From: the human T2T-CHM13v2.0 reference genome, Homo sapiens
Reading direction: 5' to 3' (one strand)
DNA length: 64,000 nt
Assembly: GCF_009914755.1 (NCBI RefSeq)
Contig: NC_060931.1
Numbering within the stretch: position 1 is the stretch's first letter; each line of letters opens with the position of its first letter. The translations under genes and the position numbers were made by a program. Below, piece by piece: positions 25,087 through 40,950 of the stretch. The notes under the pieces were generated by a model that worked only from the letters and a program-made list of their open reading frames with translations, did no database searches and had not been told where the DNA came from.

Positions 25087-25100
25087 AGAAAAGGGGGAGA
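25087..25100 (+). promoter_or_regulatory. Polypurine tract
   Basis: AGAAAAGGGGGAGA immediately before the 3' LTR TG. Confidence 0.85.
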
Positions 25101-25588
25101 TGTAGGAGTTCAGTCAGGGTGGTAGGAGAAACTATAAGAGGAAATTATAGAAAGAAGCAAACCTTCTTGGAAGGCTGGGAGGTTTTACAAAAGCTTCGAA
25201 AGAAAATTTGGCTGAAGGCAGCTAAATTCTCTTAAGAGCTTAGGTTAGTTAAGCAGCAGATGTAAAGAAACTGATCTAGATAAGTTAGTTTACTTAGGCC
25301 TCGGAACCTGGCCTTTAATCATCTGCATGCAGGACTACTCTCTCTGGGGGCCGACCATGTTAATTACCCACAAGTGTATTGATTCAAATCCTTTGTCATT
25401 AAATCTGTACTAAATAAATGCCCGCAATGCCAGCCTGTCAGGGCCGTGGCTGCTACAACTCTTTACAGCACGCTGCTCAGTGTCTGTGAGCAGCCTCGTC
25501 CCCTAGCCCACTCTTTCACTGGATATCTGTGTCTGAGTGCATTTTTTTCATCTGTCACTCAGTCACGGTCTGTGGGTCGGACCTGGCA
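25101..25588 (+). repeat. 3' LTR (LTR22-type), 488 bp
   Basis: TGTAGGAGTTCAGTCAGGGTGG...CCTGGCA; aligns end-to-end with the 5' LTR. Confidence 0.95.
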
Positions 25589-26175
25589 ATTATTATATTA
25601 AGAGATCTAGTTTCCTCTACTTTTATAATTAAATGTAATTTTTTGTTTTAAAAATACTTCTCATTACTCAAGAAATACTACAGAAATGTCCAAGTTAGAA
25701 AGTAAATTTTCTGTACTTGTGTCATCTATTGTTTGCAATGATAAAATATTTCAGTGTGACCATATTCTAGACAGTGCTAAAGGATCATTAAGTGGCTATT
25801 TTGGAATAAGAATCTGGAATGTCTTGTCCTAAGAAAATACAAATCAGAAAGGAAATGAAGCCAATCAAGAGACCTGATGCTGTCAAAATATAAACACATA
25901 TAATCAAGGAATGTCCAAAGTTTCTGCTGGACAAACTTAAAAGAAAGGAATATTTGATAGTCTGTTCCAAGATGGCCAAATAGGAACAGCTCCGGTCTGC
26001 AGCTCCCAGCGTGATCAATGCAGAAGATGGCTGATTTATGCATTTCCAACTGAGGTGCCTGGTTCATCTCACTGGAACTGGTTGGACAGTGGGTGCAGCC
26101 CATGGAGAGTGGGCTGAAGCAGGGCAGGGCATCACCTCACCCAGGAAGCGCAAGGGGTCGGGGGATTTCCCTTTC

Positions 26176-26394
26176 CTAGCCAAGGGAAGCCGTGACAGAC
26201 TGTACCTGGAAAAACGACACTGCCACCCAAATACTGCACTTTTCCCATGGTCTTAGCAACTGACAGATCAGGAGATTCTCTCCTGTGCCTGGCTCAGTGG
26301 GTTCCACACCCACGGAGCCTTGCTCACTGCTAGTGCAGCTGTCTGAGATCCATCTGCAAGATGGCAGCCTGGCTGGGGGAGGGGCGTCTGCCAT
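26176..26394 (-). CDS. ORF0: LINE-1 ORF0 homolog, open, 72 aa
   Basis: MADAPPPARLPSCRWISDSCTSSEQGSVGVEPTEPG... aligns with recalled L1HS ORF0 (MAGAPPPASLPPCSLISDCCAS...SVGVGPSEPG); antisense in the 5'UTR; expression unknown. Confidence 0.7.
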   Translation of the reverse strand: MADAPPPARLPSCRWISDSCTSSEQGSVGVEPTEPGTGENLLICQLLRPWEKCSIWVAVSFFQVQSVTASLG

Positions 26395-26993
26395 TGCTGA
26401 GGCTTGAGTGGGTAAACAAAGCAGCTGGGAAACTCAAATTGGGTGGAGCCCACTGCAGCTTAGCAAGGCCTACTGTGTCTGTAGACTCCCCCTCTGTGTG
26501 CAGAGCATAGCTGAACAAAAGGCAGCAGAAACTTCTGCAGACTTAAACATCCCTGTCTGACAGCTCTGAAGAGAGCAGTGGTTCTCCAAGCATGGCGTTT
26601 GAGCTCTGAGAATGGACAGACTGCCTCCTCAAGTGGGTCCCTGACCCCTGTGTGGCCTGACTGGGAGACACCTCCCAGTAGGGGCTGACAGATACCTCAT
26701 ACAGGTGGGTGCCCCTCTGGGACGAAGCTTCAAGAGGAAAGATCAGGCAGCGATATTTGCTGTTCTGCATTATTTGCTGTTCTGCAGCCTCTTCTGGTAA
26801 TACCCAGGCAAACAGGGTCTGGAGTGGACCTCCAGGAAACTCCAACAGACCTGCAGCTGAGGGACCTGACTGTTAGAAGGAAAACTAACAAACAGAAAGG
26901 AATAGCATCAACATCAACAAAAAGGACATCTACACCAAAACCCCATCTGTAGATCACCAACATCAAAGACCAAAGGTAGATAAAACCACAAAG

Positions 26994-28015
26994 GTGGGGA
27001 GAAACCAGAGCAGAAAAGCTGAAAATTCTAAAAACCAGGGCGCCTCTTCACCCCCAAAGGATCACAGCTCCTCACCAGCAATGGAACAAACCTGGTTGGA
27101 GAATGTCTTTGATGAGCTGACAGAAGTAGGCTTCAGAAGGTTGGTAATAACAAACTTCTCCAAGCTAAAGGAGCATGTTCTAACCCATCACAAGCTAAAA
27201 ACCTTGAAAAAGGGTTAGATGAATGGCTAACTAGAATAAACAGTGAAGAGAAGACCTTAAATGACCTGATGGAGCTGCAAACCATGGCATGACAACTTCA
27301 TGACGCATGCACAAGCTTCAATAGTCGATTCGATCAAGTGGAAGAAAGAGTATCAGTGATTAAAGATAAAATTAATGAAATAATGCAAGAAGACAAGTTT
27401 AGAGAAAAAAAAGTAAAAATAAATGAACAAAGCCTTCAAGAAATATGGGACTAAGTGAAAAGACCAAATCTACGTTTGACTGGTGTACCTGCAAGTGATG
27501 GGGAGATTGGAACCAAGTTGGAAAACAATCTTCAGGATATTATCCAGGAGAACTTCCCCAACCTAGCAAGGCAGGCCAACATTTAAATTCAGGAAATACA
27601 AAGAACACCACAAAGATACTCCACGAGAAGAGCAACCCCAAGACACATGATTGTCAGATTCACCAAGGTTGAAACGAAGGAAAAAATGTTAAGGGCAGCC
27701 AGAGAGAAAGGTCGGGTTACTCACAAAGGGAAGCCCATCAGACTAACAGTGGATCTCTTGGCAGAAACCCTACAAGCCAGAAGAGTGTGGGAGCCAATAT
27801 TCAACATTATTAAAGAAAAGAATTTTCAACCCAGAATTTCATATCCAGCCAAACTAAGCTTCATAAGTGAAGGAGAAATAAAATCCTTTACAGACAAGCA
27901 AATGCTGAGAGATTTTGTCACCACCAGGCCTGCCTTCCAAGAGCTCCTGAAGGAAGCACTAAACATGGAAAGGAACAACCAGTACTAGCCACTACAAAAA
28001 CATGCTGAATTGTAA
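26994..28015 (+). pseudogene. L1 ORF1, disrupted
   Basis: Start codon mutated to GTG, frameshift near 27190, several stops; C-terminal FQPRISYPAKLSF motif present. Confidence 0.92.
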
Positions 28016-28078
28016 AGACCACTGATACTATGAAGAAACTGCATCAATTAACAGGCAAAATAACCAGTCAACATCATA

Positions 28079-31880
<3,802 letters not shown>

Positions 31881-32525
31881 ACAATGAGAATACTTGGACA
31901 CAGGGCGGGGAACATCATACACTGGGGCCTGTCTGGGGGTGGGGGCCTGGGGGAAGGGACAGCATTAGGAGAAATACCTAATGTAAATGACGAGTTGATG
32001 GGTGCAGCAAACCAACATGGCACATGTATACATATGTAACAAACCTGCATGTTGTGCACAAGTACCCTAGAACTTAAATTGTATTAAATAAATAATAAAA
32101 AAGAAAGGAATATTTATTGAATAAACACAAAAAGAACAATGAATTCTCAAGAAAAAAAAAACAAAAAACAGTTCAGAGATTTCTAATAAAAGATAACTGA
32201 AGATTAACTAATGGCACACATAGCAGTCAGCCAAGGTTCAGAACTGACTGTTTCCATCCTGAAATCAAGGAATGGAGAATGAAAAAACTAGAAGCTGCTC
32301 TGCAAAATATTGCCATCTAGGTCAGAAGCCACCTAACTCTTCATGTACTCTGGGGCAAACAGTGCAGTGAGGATCAGCAGTGGTGAGTTATCGAGAGAAC
32401 ATTTTTAAAAGTTTATTACAGAGCATGCATTGTTCCCTTGGCAGCAGTGAATAACTTATCTCTAGGACTAAGTGGAAGGGAAATAACTGAAAGGGATATA
32501 AAGGTGAGAAGTGAAACCATCTACA

Positions 32526-33456
32526 GCAGTGGTTTTCAAACTTTTGCTCACGACATATTTATGCTCTCAAAAATTACTGAGACCCCAGAGAGCTTGTTCA
32601 AATCCATTATTGCTATTGATATTTACCAATAACAAAACCAAGACAAAGTTTAAATATTACTTAATTTAAAATAACAAGAGTATATCTAGGGAATGTTGCC
32701 ATAAATGATATATTTTTATGAAAAATAACTATTGGGTGACCTGTCTCCCTAGGTCTCATGCTCTGTGACATCTTGCAGTATATACCAGGAATGCAAGGTT
32801 CTGATTGTTCTTCACCCAGGTTTTCTCATGGTAGCAAAGGCTGCAGGAAGCCTTGAGAGATAAGGCAATGTGTCCTTCCAAGAAAAATAGCAGGCTTGCT
32901 TACTGCCTGCTATAAATGGCAGGTTCTTCAAACTCAGTCTTCCTCTCCTATCATGCAACCAACTGTGTGTGTTGGCCTAGTTCCGTTCTGTGCCTCCCTT
33001 GAGGAACTGGTACTGATTGGGGGAAACAGATGTAAACACGTGGACATGCTGGCTACAGGTTTTGTGGTAACAGTCTTTCAACTCTGACACAGGAGTCTTA
33101 TGTCTTTTGTCAGCCTTCATTGAACTGTGGTAAGCTAATTTGTTAACTTGCAAATAGTGTAAAACCTTACACTCTTTACAGCTCTTGACAATAACTATAT
33201 TTTCAACAACAAAATGATATAATGAGAAAAGCAGCATTAACATTTTCTTGCAAATCTCCAATGTCTAGCTTAGTAGTAGAGAGCTGAGTTCTCGCATCTG
33301 ATACATTCTATTCTTGCAATATGTTGTTTTGGTTGAAATATGTGACAAAAATCTGGTCTCACACAGACATATAGTTGGAAAAGAGACAAACTTGTGAACT
33401 CACTAAAAGGATTTCAGGATCTGAGTGGTCCTTAGACCACACTTAGAGAATTGTTG
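32526..33456. mobile_element. Charlie1-derived hAT element, interrupted by an LTR
   Basis: CAGTGGTTTTCAAACTTTT left end and GACCACACTTAGAGAATTGTTG right end; sequence is continuous across the insert at 32733-33190. Confidence 0.65.
32733..33190 (+). mobile_element. Old ERVL-class solo LTR (MER68/MER77/MER21-like)
   Basis: TG...CA ends, internal TATAAA, 3' end ...TTACAGCTCTTGACA; flanked by ATAACTAT direct repeats. Confidence 0.6.
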
Positions 33457-34184
33457 ATCTATAGCCACACAGCTTAATGTCTACATTAAGATGGTTTTGT
33501 TATTGGACAGTCTGTGTTAACATGACTTAACTATGGCACAAAATTCTTGCTCTGGAAGATGAAGTTGTAAGTAACTTTAGCATTTGTTTTGTTACTGTTA
33601 TTATTGTTTCTGTTATTTGTTATTTATTATTTGTTACAAGAGTGTTCTGGAAATCTGCTTATCCAAATATTCAACTGCTAAACTTACCCCCATCAGGGTA
33701 ACAGATCATTCATTGGTATCATCAAAGGCTGTTTATTCTTCAAGACCAACTTCAAAACCTTTGCTTTGCTGGGCCCACTAATCCTAAACTATTATTTCAT
33801 AAACTTTGCTGAATCTCAATCAACCCGCATACCATATTGAAAGACCCACCATAAACTAGACTCTCCAACTCAAACAAATAGCTTCTTTCACCTTCTCTTC
33901 CTAAGTCACTACTACAGCACTGTCGATATTAGTGACCTATCATAGAGCAATAAGAAATAAACTTGGTTTTCCTTTATAAATGGGTTGGTCTGGTAGATGG
34001 CAATGGACAATCTGTTTTATATTTAGATCATTCTCTTTTCAATAAATAGGTCTCTGTCTTGAAAAACTAAGGATTACATGTGCTTGATATGATCTTTTCT
34101 GCACATGTTAGCAACAAAATGTTCTGGGCCTTTCATGAAAAGGAGAAATTTTGGTATTCAATCTATCATTAAATTCCATAAAAT

Positions 34185-34320
34185 TAGGGTTGCCATATTA
34201 AGCAAATAAAAATACAGAACAGCCAGTTAAATTTAAATTTCAAGGAAACAATAAGTAATTTCAAATTATAAGTGTGTCCCAAATATTGCATGGGGTCCTG
34301 TGTCTTATCAAGCAACCCTA
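34185..34320. mobile_element. MER53 hAT MITE, internally deleted
   Basis: TAGGGTTGC...GCAACCCTA terminal inverted repeats; 8-bp TSD CATAAAAT / CATAAAAC. Confidence 0.85.
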
Positions 34321-35014
34321 CATAAAACCTGTGCTGCAGGACTTGTGGCTCCATGTTAACATCAAAGATTTTTCCATTTGCTTATTATTCTTAATCTGAA
34401 AGATGGCAATCACTTTACAAAACTGAATACAGTGGTTACTTTAGCTTCCTTAGTTTGATAGGCAAATTATAGATGAAGTGGAAAAAAAAGCAAAATTCCA
34501 AATAGATTTAAAAATTCTGACTCTATCAAAGAATTCTAAAACTTCTGATATTTTTAATTCTCTAGCACCATATTGTAAGGCTTCAGCTATAACTGCAGGC
34601 TAAAAGCTATCTGTCATGGTAAAATGACAGCTGGAATCAAACTATATATAGAAAGAGACATGGAATTGCAGACACTACACACAGTATGTAAGAAAACAGC
34701 TGTGAGATTGGGGTTGAGAGTTGGTGCCAAAGATGAGATTATTATAGTTATAATAAAAAAGTCAGAGTTTTTCATATCTTATAGGCCCATGTATTGACAT
34801 GATATGAATCCTTAGTCTGGATTTCAGGGCATAAATGTGTTACAGCTAATGTTCAACCCTATGCTAATATACAATATTCACTGAGACTACCTAATGTTCA
34901 AGGCAAGTGAAGAACAAGAACAATCTTCAAACTGCTCTTTTATAGTACTATAATTCTGTATATCATAATTTTTTGAGAATTATCTTTTATGTAGTCTAGT
35001 GACAGAGAAAAATA

Positions 35015-36135
35015 CAGTTATGTGTCGCTTAAGGATGGGGATACGTTCTGAGAAACGTGTTGTTAGGTGGTTTTGTTGTGTGATCATAGAGTATACTTAC
35101 ACAAACATAGATGGTATAGCCTACTACACATGTAGGCTGTGTATAGTATAGACTGTTGCTCCTTGTGGCTTCGGCATGTTACTGTACTGAATAGTGTTCA
35201 GTACAGTATTCAGTTCTTGTAGGCGTGTTATTATAGGCATGTTACTATACTGAATACTGTAGGAAATTGTAACATGATGGTAAGTACTTGTGTATCCAAA
35301 CATATAGAAACATAGAAAAGGAACAGTAAAAATACGGTATAAAAGATAAAAAATGGTACACCCATACAGGGCACTTACTGTTAATGGACATTGCAGGACT
35401 AGAAGTTGCTCTTGGTGAGTCAGTGGGTGAGTGCTGAGTGAATGTGAAGGATTGGGATATAACCCTATATAACTATAGACTTTATAAATGCTGAACTCTT
35501 AGGCTACACTAAATTTAATTTTAAATTTTCTCTTTCTTCAATAATAGGTTAATCTTAGCTTACTATAATTTTTTAATCTGAAAACTTAAAAATTTTTAAC
35601 TTTCTGACTCTTTTGTAATAACACTTAGCTTAAAACACACATTGTACAGCTGTACAAAAATAATTTCTTTCTTACATCTTTATCCCATAAACTTTTTTAT
35701 TAAATATTTTCCCTTTTAAACTATTTTGTTAAAAACTAAGACACAAGCACACACGTTAACCTAAGCTGAAGGACCTGCCTGGGGGTGTTTTACAGTTAAC
35801 TTTTTAAAAAAATAAGTAGGAGTATACTCTAAAATAACAATAAAGAGTATAGTATAATAAATACATAAAACAATAACATAGTTGTTTATTATTATTATCA
35901 AGCATTAGGTACCATACGTAATTGTATGTGCAGGACCTTTATACAACTAGTAGTGCAGCAGGTTTGTTTACACCAGCCTCACTACAAACATGAGAGTAGT
36001 TCATTGCACTTTGATGTTACAACTGCTACAATGTCACTAGGTGATAGGAATTTTTCAGCTCCATTATAATCTTATGTATATCATTGTATATGAGGTCTGT
36101 CATTGACCAAAGCATCATTATACAGCACATGACTA
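35015..36135 (-). mobile_element. Tigger3b/MER7B, about 1.1 kb
   Basis: TA-CAGTTATGTG...CACATGACTA-TA termini; GCAGGACTAGAAGTTGCTCTTGGTGAGTCAGTG internal motif. Confidence 0.85.
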
Positions 36136-36224
36136 TATGCCAAACTGAAAAGCAGAAGACCTACCTGGATTTGAGTCTCAGTTTTACAACAAATTAGCTC
36201 TGTAACCTTGAGCAGTTTGGTTTC

Positions 36225-36422
36225 TGTATTAGTTTGCTAGGGATGCCATAATAAAGTACCGCAGGCTGGGTGGTTTAACCAACAGAAATTTTTTTCTCAC
36301 AGTTCTGGAGGCTGGAAGTCTGAAATGATGGTGTCTCCAAGTACAGTCACATTTTGAGGTACTGCAGGTTATGACTTCAACATATAAACTTTTTTCAGGG
36401 GAATACAATTCAGCCCATAAGA
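36225..36422 (-). mobile_element. Internally deleted MLT1 (A/B-like) LTR nested in a MIR (about 36145-36500)
   Basis: TGTATTAGTTTGCTAGGG...CACAGTTCTGGAGGCTGGAAGTC...AATTCAGCCCATAAGA; TSD GTTTC / GTTCC. Confidence 0.8.
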
Positions 36423-37167
36423 GTTCCTCTTTCTGAATCTTGGTTTCCTTTCTCATAAAATAGGGATATTGGAATTGATCATTTCTAAAGTGTCTTCTCA
36501 ATGATTTATATATAATAAATCACAGATTACCTGTTATGTTTTATGGACTACAAAATTAAAAGTAGCAGTATAAGACTCAAGAAAACTAATATTCATCAAC
36601 AGAAATGTCTGAAATCATGATGCCATTATAATCTTAATGAAGACCACAGATGGTAAATGTTCATTTGAATTTCAAATAGTTGCAGCTTTTCAAATATAGT
36701 GAACCGATTCAGCAAAATTTGCATAGTAGGAAAAATGTACATAATTGTTTTTCACTTATTCCAACAGGACTCAGCAGGACACTGCAAATATCTATTGAAA
36801 CGTCCACTGACTGATGATAAAAACAAAGGCTTTTTTTATTGAGGCTACAAAGAAGAAAATGAGGTAATTCTATAATACCATAGTCTGTGGTTTGAGGATA
36901 TAGGAAAACATTTGTGTATTTGTACCTCTTATTTTGTTTAGTTTTTTTCTGTAATGATTTTAGAGCTAAGTGTATAGCATGGTATATGTTTTCTCAAAGT
37001 TTAGCTTTCTTTATTAATGACCCAGAAGAGGAGAAATCTTTGTCTCCATAGTCACCTGGAGAAATTCAGGAGGAAAGCCACTTATAACCACTCCGTGGTA
37101 GATTCAGAGGCTTCCATAAACTCTACAGTTGCAGTTTGCTCAACACCTTCAATGAGAAGTGATCTAG

Positions 37168-37378
37168 GCCAGTGGATCATAAAACCAGCCAAATAGAATT
37201 ATCTGAGGAGTACATTAAAAATAAGATTATCCAAGGCTCATCAAACCATATTGATTCAGTATGTCCAGGATAGAGTCCAAGAGTCAAACTTTTTGACAAG
37301 AACATCACCCCATCTCCCTACTCCTACCACAAAGGATTTTGATGTAGCTGACCCACCTGTGTTTGGCAATTGCTGATA
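37168..37378. mobile_element. MER5-like hAT fragment
   Basis: CAGTGG...AGAATTATCTGAGGAG...GATTTTGATGTAGCTG; degenerate. Confidence 0.45.
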
Positions 37379-37963
37379 GAACCCTGGATCTCATTTAGCC
37401 ATGAGAATTCGGGATCTACCTGCAAAAGCCCATCACTCCCTGGATCATTGGGATAGTTTGGTTTCAATCTCTCTCACCAGAGATACTCTGTATTCTACAA
37501 GATTAAGAATGATGTGTAAGAAGTCAAGAACATATTATGAAGGTATAGAGATATATTGGAGATACTCTAATATATTCAGAAAGTCTTATATTCTAAAAAT
37601 CAAGGATCATAGATTTCCAGTGAAGTGACCCAAACAGTGTATGAACTTAAAAAGAGGTACGACTTTACTCTTTCCTGGCCTTTTCCTGGGGTGCACATTC
37701 TCCCAGTTTGTACCAGGCATTTGCAAGGAAAAATTATGGAAGATTTTGAAATTTAGTGGCAATACTGTCGATTTCGGCAATCCAGGTTATCTCTGCCTTT
37801 GCCTTTGACTATATTATTTTACAACACTGTAGTGATAGAAGTTAATTTTAGAAAACTGGGAGTAATGAGAATAATTTCTGTCCATAGAAATGTAAATTGC
37901 ATCCAGTAGAATGTCATTGATTATTGCCCTGTAGATATTGATCAGTTTTGCCAGTTTTACAGC

Positions 37964-40274
37964 TGATATGGTTTGGTTGTACCCTATTCAAATCTCATCT
38001 TGAATTGCAACTCCCACAATTTCCATGTGTTGTGGGAGGAACCAGGTGGGAGGTAATTGAATCATGGGGCTAGGTCTTTCTCACGCTGTTCTCTTGACAG
38101 TGAATAAGTCTCATGAGATCTGATGGCTTTAAAGACGGGACTCTCCCTGCACAACCCTCTCTTTTCCTGCTGTCATCCACATAAGATATGGCTTGCTCAT
38201 CCTGGCCTTCCACCATGATTGTGAGGCCTCCCCAGTCATGTGGAACTGTAAGTCCATTAAGCCTCTTTCTCTTGTAAATTGCCCAGTCTTGGATATGTCT
38301 TTATCACCAGCATGAAAACAGACCAATACAGTAAGTTGGTACTGGGAGTGGGGTGCTGCTGAAAAGATACCAGAAAATGAGGAAGCAACTTTGGAACTGG
38401 GTAACAGGCAGAGGTTGGAACAGTTTGGAGGGCTCAGAAGAAGACAGGAAAATGTGAGAAAGTTTGAAACTCCCTAGAGACTTTTTGAATGGCTTTGACC
38501 AAAATGCTGATAATGACATGGACAATGAAATCCAGGCTGAGTTGGTCTTAGATGGAGATGAGGAACTTGTCAGGAACTGGAGCAAAGGTGACTCTTGTTA
38601 CGTTTTAGCAAAGAGACTGGCGGCATTTTGCCCCTGCCCTAGAGATTTGTGGAACTTTGAACTTGAGAGAGATCATTTAGGCTCTCTGGCAGAAGAAATT
38701 TCTAAGCATCAAAGCATTCAAGAGGTGACTTGAGTGCTGTTAAAGGCATTCAGTTTTATAAGAGCAGCAGAGCATAAAAGTTTGGAAAAATTGCAGCCTG
38801 ACAATGTGATAGAAAAGAAAATCTCATTTTCTGAGGAGAAATTCAAGCCAGCTGCAGAAATTTGCATAAGTAATGAGGATCCAAATGTTAATTCCCAAGA
38901 CAACGGGGAAAATGTCTCCAGAGCATGCCAGAGGTCTTCACACCAGCCCCTTCCATCACAGGCCTGGAGGCCTAGGAGGAAAGAGTGGTTTCGTAGGCCG
39001 GGCCCAGGGTCCCCATGCTGCATGTAGCCTAGGGATTTGGTGCCCTGAATCCCAGCTGCTCTAGCAGTTGCTGAAAGGGGCCAACATAAAGCTTGGGCTG
39101 TAGCTTTAGAGGGTGCAAGCCCCAAGCCTTGGCAGCTTCCATGTGGTTTTGAGCCTGCGAGTGCACAGAAGTCAAGAATTGGGGTTTGGGAACCTCCACC
39201 TAGATTTCAGAGGATGTATCGAAACACATGGATGCTTAGGCAGAAGTTTGCTGCAGGGGCAGGGCCCTCATGGAGAACCTCTGCTAGGGCAGTGCAGAAG
39301 GGAAATGTGGGGTGGGAGCCCCCACACAGAGTCCCCACTGGGGTGCTGCCTAGTGGGGCTGTGAGAAGAGGGTCACTGTCCTCCACACCCCAGAATGGTA
39401 GATCCACTGACAGCTTGCACTGTGCACCTGGAAAAGCTGCAGACACTCAAAGCCAGCCCATGAAAGCAGCCGGGAGGGAGGCTGTACCCTGCAAGGCAAC
39501 AGGGGTGGAACTGCTCATGACCATGGGAACCTATCACTTGCATCAGTGTGACCTGGATGTGAGACATGGAGTCAAAGTAGATCATTTTGGAGCTTTAAGA
39601 TTTGACTGCCCCACAGGATTACAGTTTTGTATTAGGCCTGTAGCCCCTTTGTTTTGGCCAACTTCTTCCATTTGGAACAGCTGTATTTACCCAATGCCTG
39701 TACCCCCATTGTATCTAGGAAGTAACTAACTTGCTTTTTATTTTACAGGCTCATATGCAGAAGGGACTTGCCTTGTCTCAGATGAGACTTTGGACCGCAG
39801 ACTTTTGAGTTAATGCTGAAATGAATTAAGACTTTGAGAGACTGTTGGGAAGGCATGACTGGTTTTGAATGTGAGGACATGAGATTTGGGAGGGGCCAGG
39901 GGAGGAATTATATTGTTTGGCTCTGTCCCCACCCAAATTTCATCTTAAATTGGAACTCCCACAATTCCCATGTGTCATGGGAGGAACCCAGTGAGAGGTA
40001 ATTGAATCATAGGAGTGGGTCTTTCCTGTGCTGTTCTTGTGATAGTGAATAAGTCTCACAAGATCTGATGGCTTTAAAAACAGGAGTCTCCCTGAACACG
40101 CTCTCTCTGTTTGCCTGCTGTCATCCACATAAGATGTGACTTGCTTTTCCTGGGCTTCTGCCATGATTGTGAGCCCTCCCCAGTCATGTGGAATTGTAAG
40201 TCCATTAAACCTTTTTTTGTAAATTGCCCAGTCTTGGGTATGTCTTTATCTCAGTGTGAAAACAGACTAATATG
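37964..40274 (+). mobile_element. Complete THE1 (THE1A/B-like) MaLR: LTR 37964-38330, internal 38331-39907, LTR 39908-40274
   Basis: TGATATGGTTTGG...AATACA LTRs, THE1 internal sequence (GCAAAGGTGACTCTTGTTA), 5-bp TSD ACAGC / ATAGC. Confidence 0.93.
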
Positions 40275-40465
40275 ATAGCCATTTATAAAAATCATTTCAG
40301 CATTTCTTATCTCACAATAACTGTTTGGTATTTTGCTTTCACTTGAGTGGTTTATAACATGCTTTCTTGCCAATTAATGAGTTAAATAGAAGGCTTGATA
40401 CATGCCCACTTGTATGATACATTTTAAAATTTATCCTTTTACCTGTTAATTTATTAAACATTTAT

Positions 40466-40950
40466 TGGGACCATATTAGATACCCCAAGCATCCTAATAT
40501 ACTGATATTCATGCTTTTGTGTCATCCCCTCTCCTTGAGTATGGGCTGGATTTATTGGTTTGTAGGCAAGAAATAGAATAGCATAGAAGAGAAGGAATGC
40601 CACTTCCAATATTAGATTATATAAAATTATAAATTCTTTGTTGAACACCATTTCTTGTTCTCTTGCTAGCTTGCTTTGGAGGAAGCCAGCTGCCATAGGA
40701 GCTGCTCTATAGAGAGCCCCATGTGGCAAGGAACTGATGTCTCCAACTAACAGCCACATGAATGAGTTTGCAAGTGGATTTTCCCAGGTCAAGCCTTGAG
40801 ATGACTATAGCTTCAGACAATCCCTTAAAACTTGTGAGAGACCTGGAACCAAAGGCACCTGGATTCCTCACCCATAGTAACTGTGAGATAATACAGTTTC
40901 TTTAAACCATTAAACTTTAAGGTATCTAGTTATGCAAAAATTGATAATAA
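40466..40950 (+). mobile_element. MLT1E/F-like LTR
   Basis: CCTTGAGTATGGGCTGGA, GGAAGCCAGCTGCCAT, GTCAAGCCTTGAGATGACT, AACTGTGAGATAAT. Confidence 0.75.

Larger units (their letters stand above)
17825..25588 (+). mobile_element. Full-length endogenous betaretrovirus-like provirus, HERV-K(HML-5)/HERVK22
   Basis: Paired TG...CA LTRs, perfect 6-bp TSD ATTATT (17819-24 and 25589-94), tRNA-Ile-like PBS, polypurine tract, gag-pro(dUTPase)-pol-env order. Confidence 0.93.

Noticed and set aside
33640-33990. Possible ancient LTR (AATAAA, LTR-like composition)
   Set aside because: I could not define termini, TSD or family
38464-39729. Cluster of ORFs up to 171 aa
   Set aside because: THE1 internal region, with fragmented frames typical of MaLR copies
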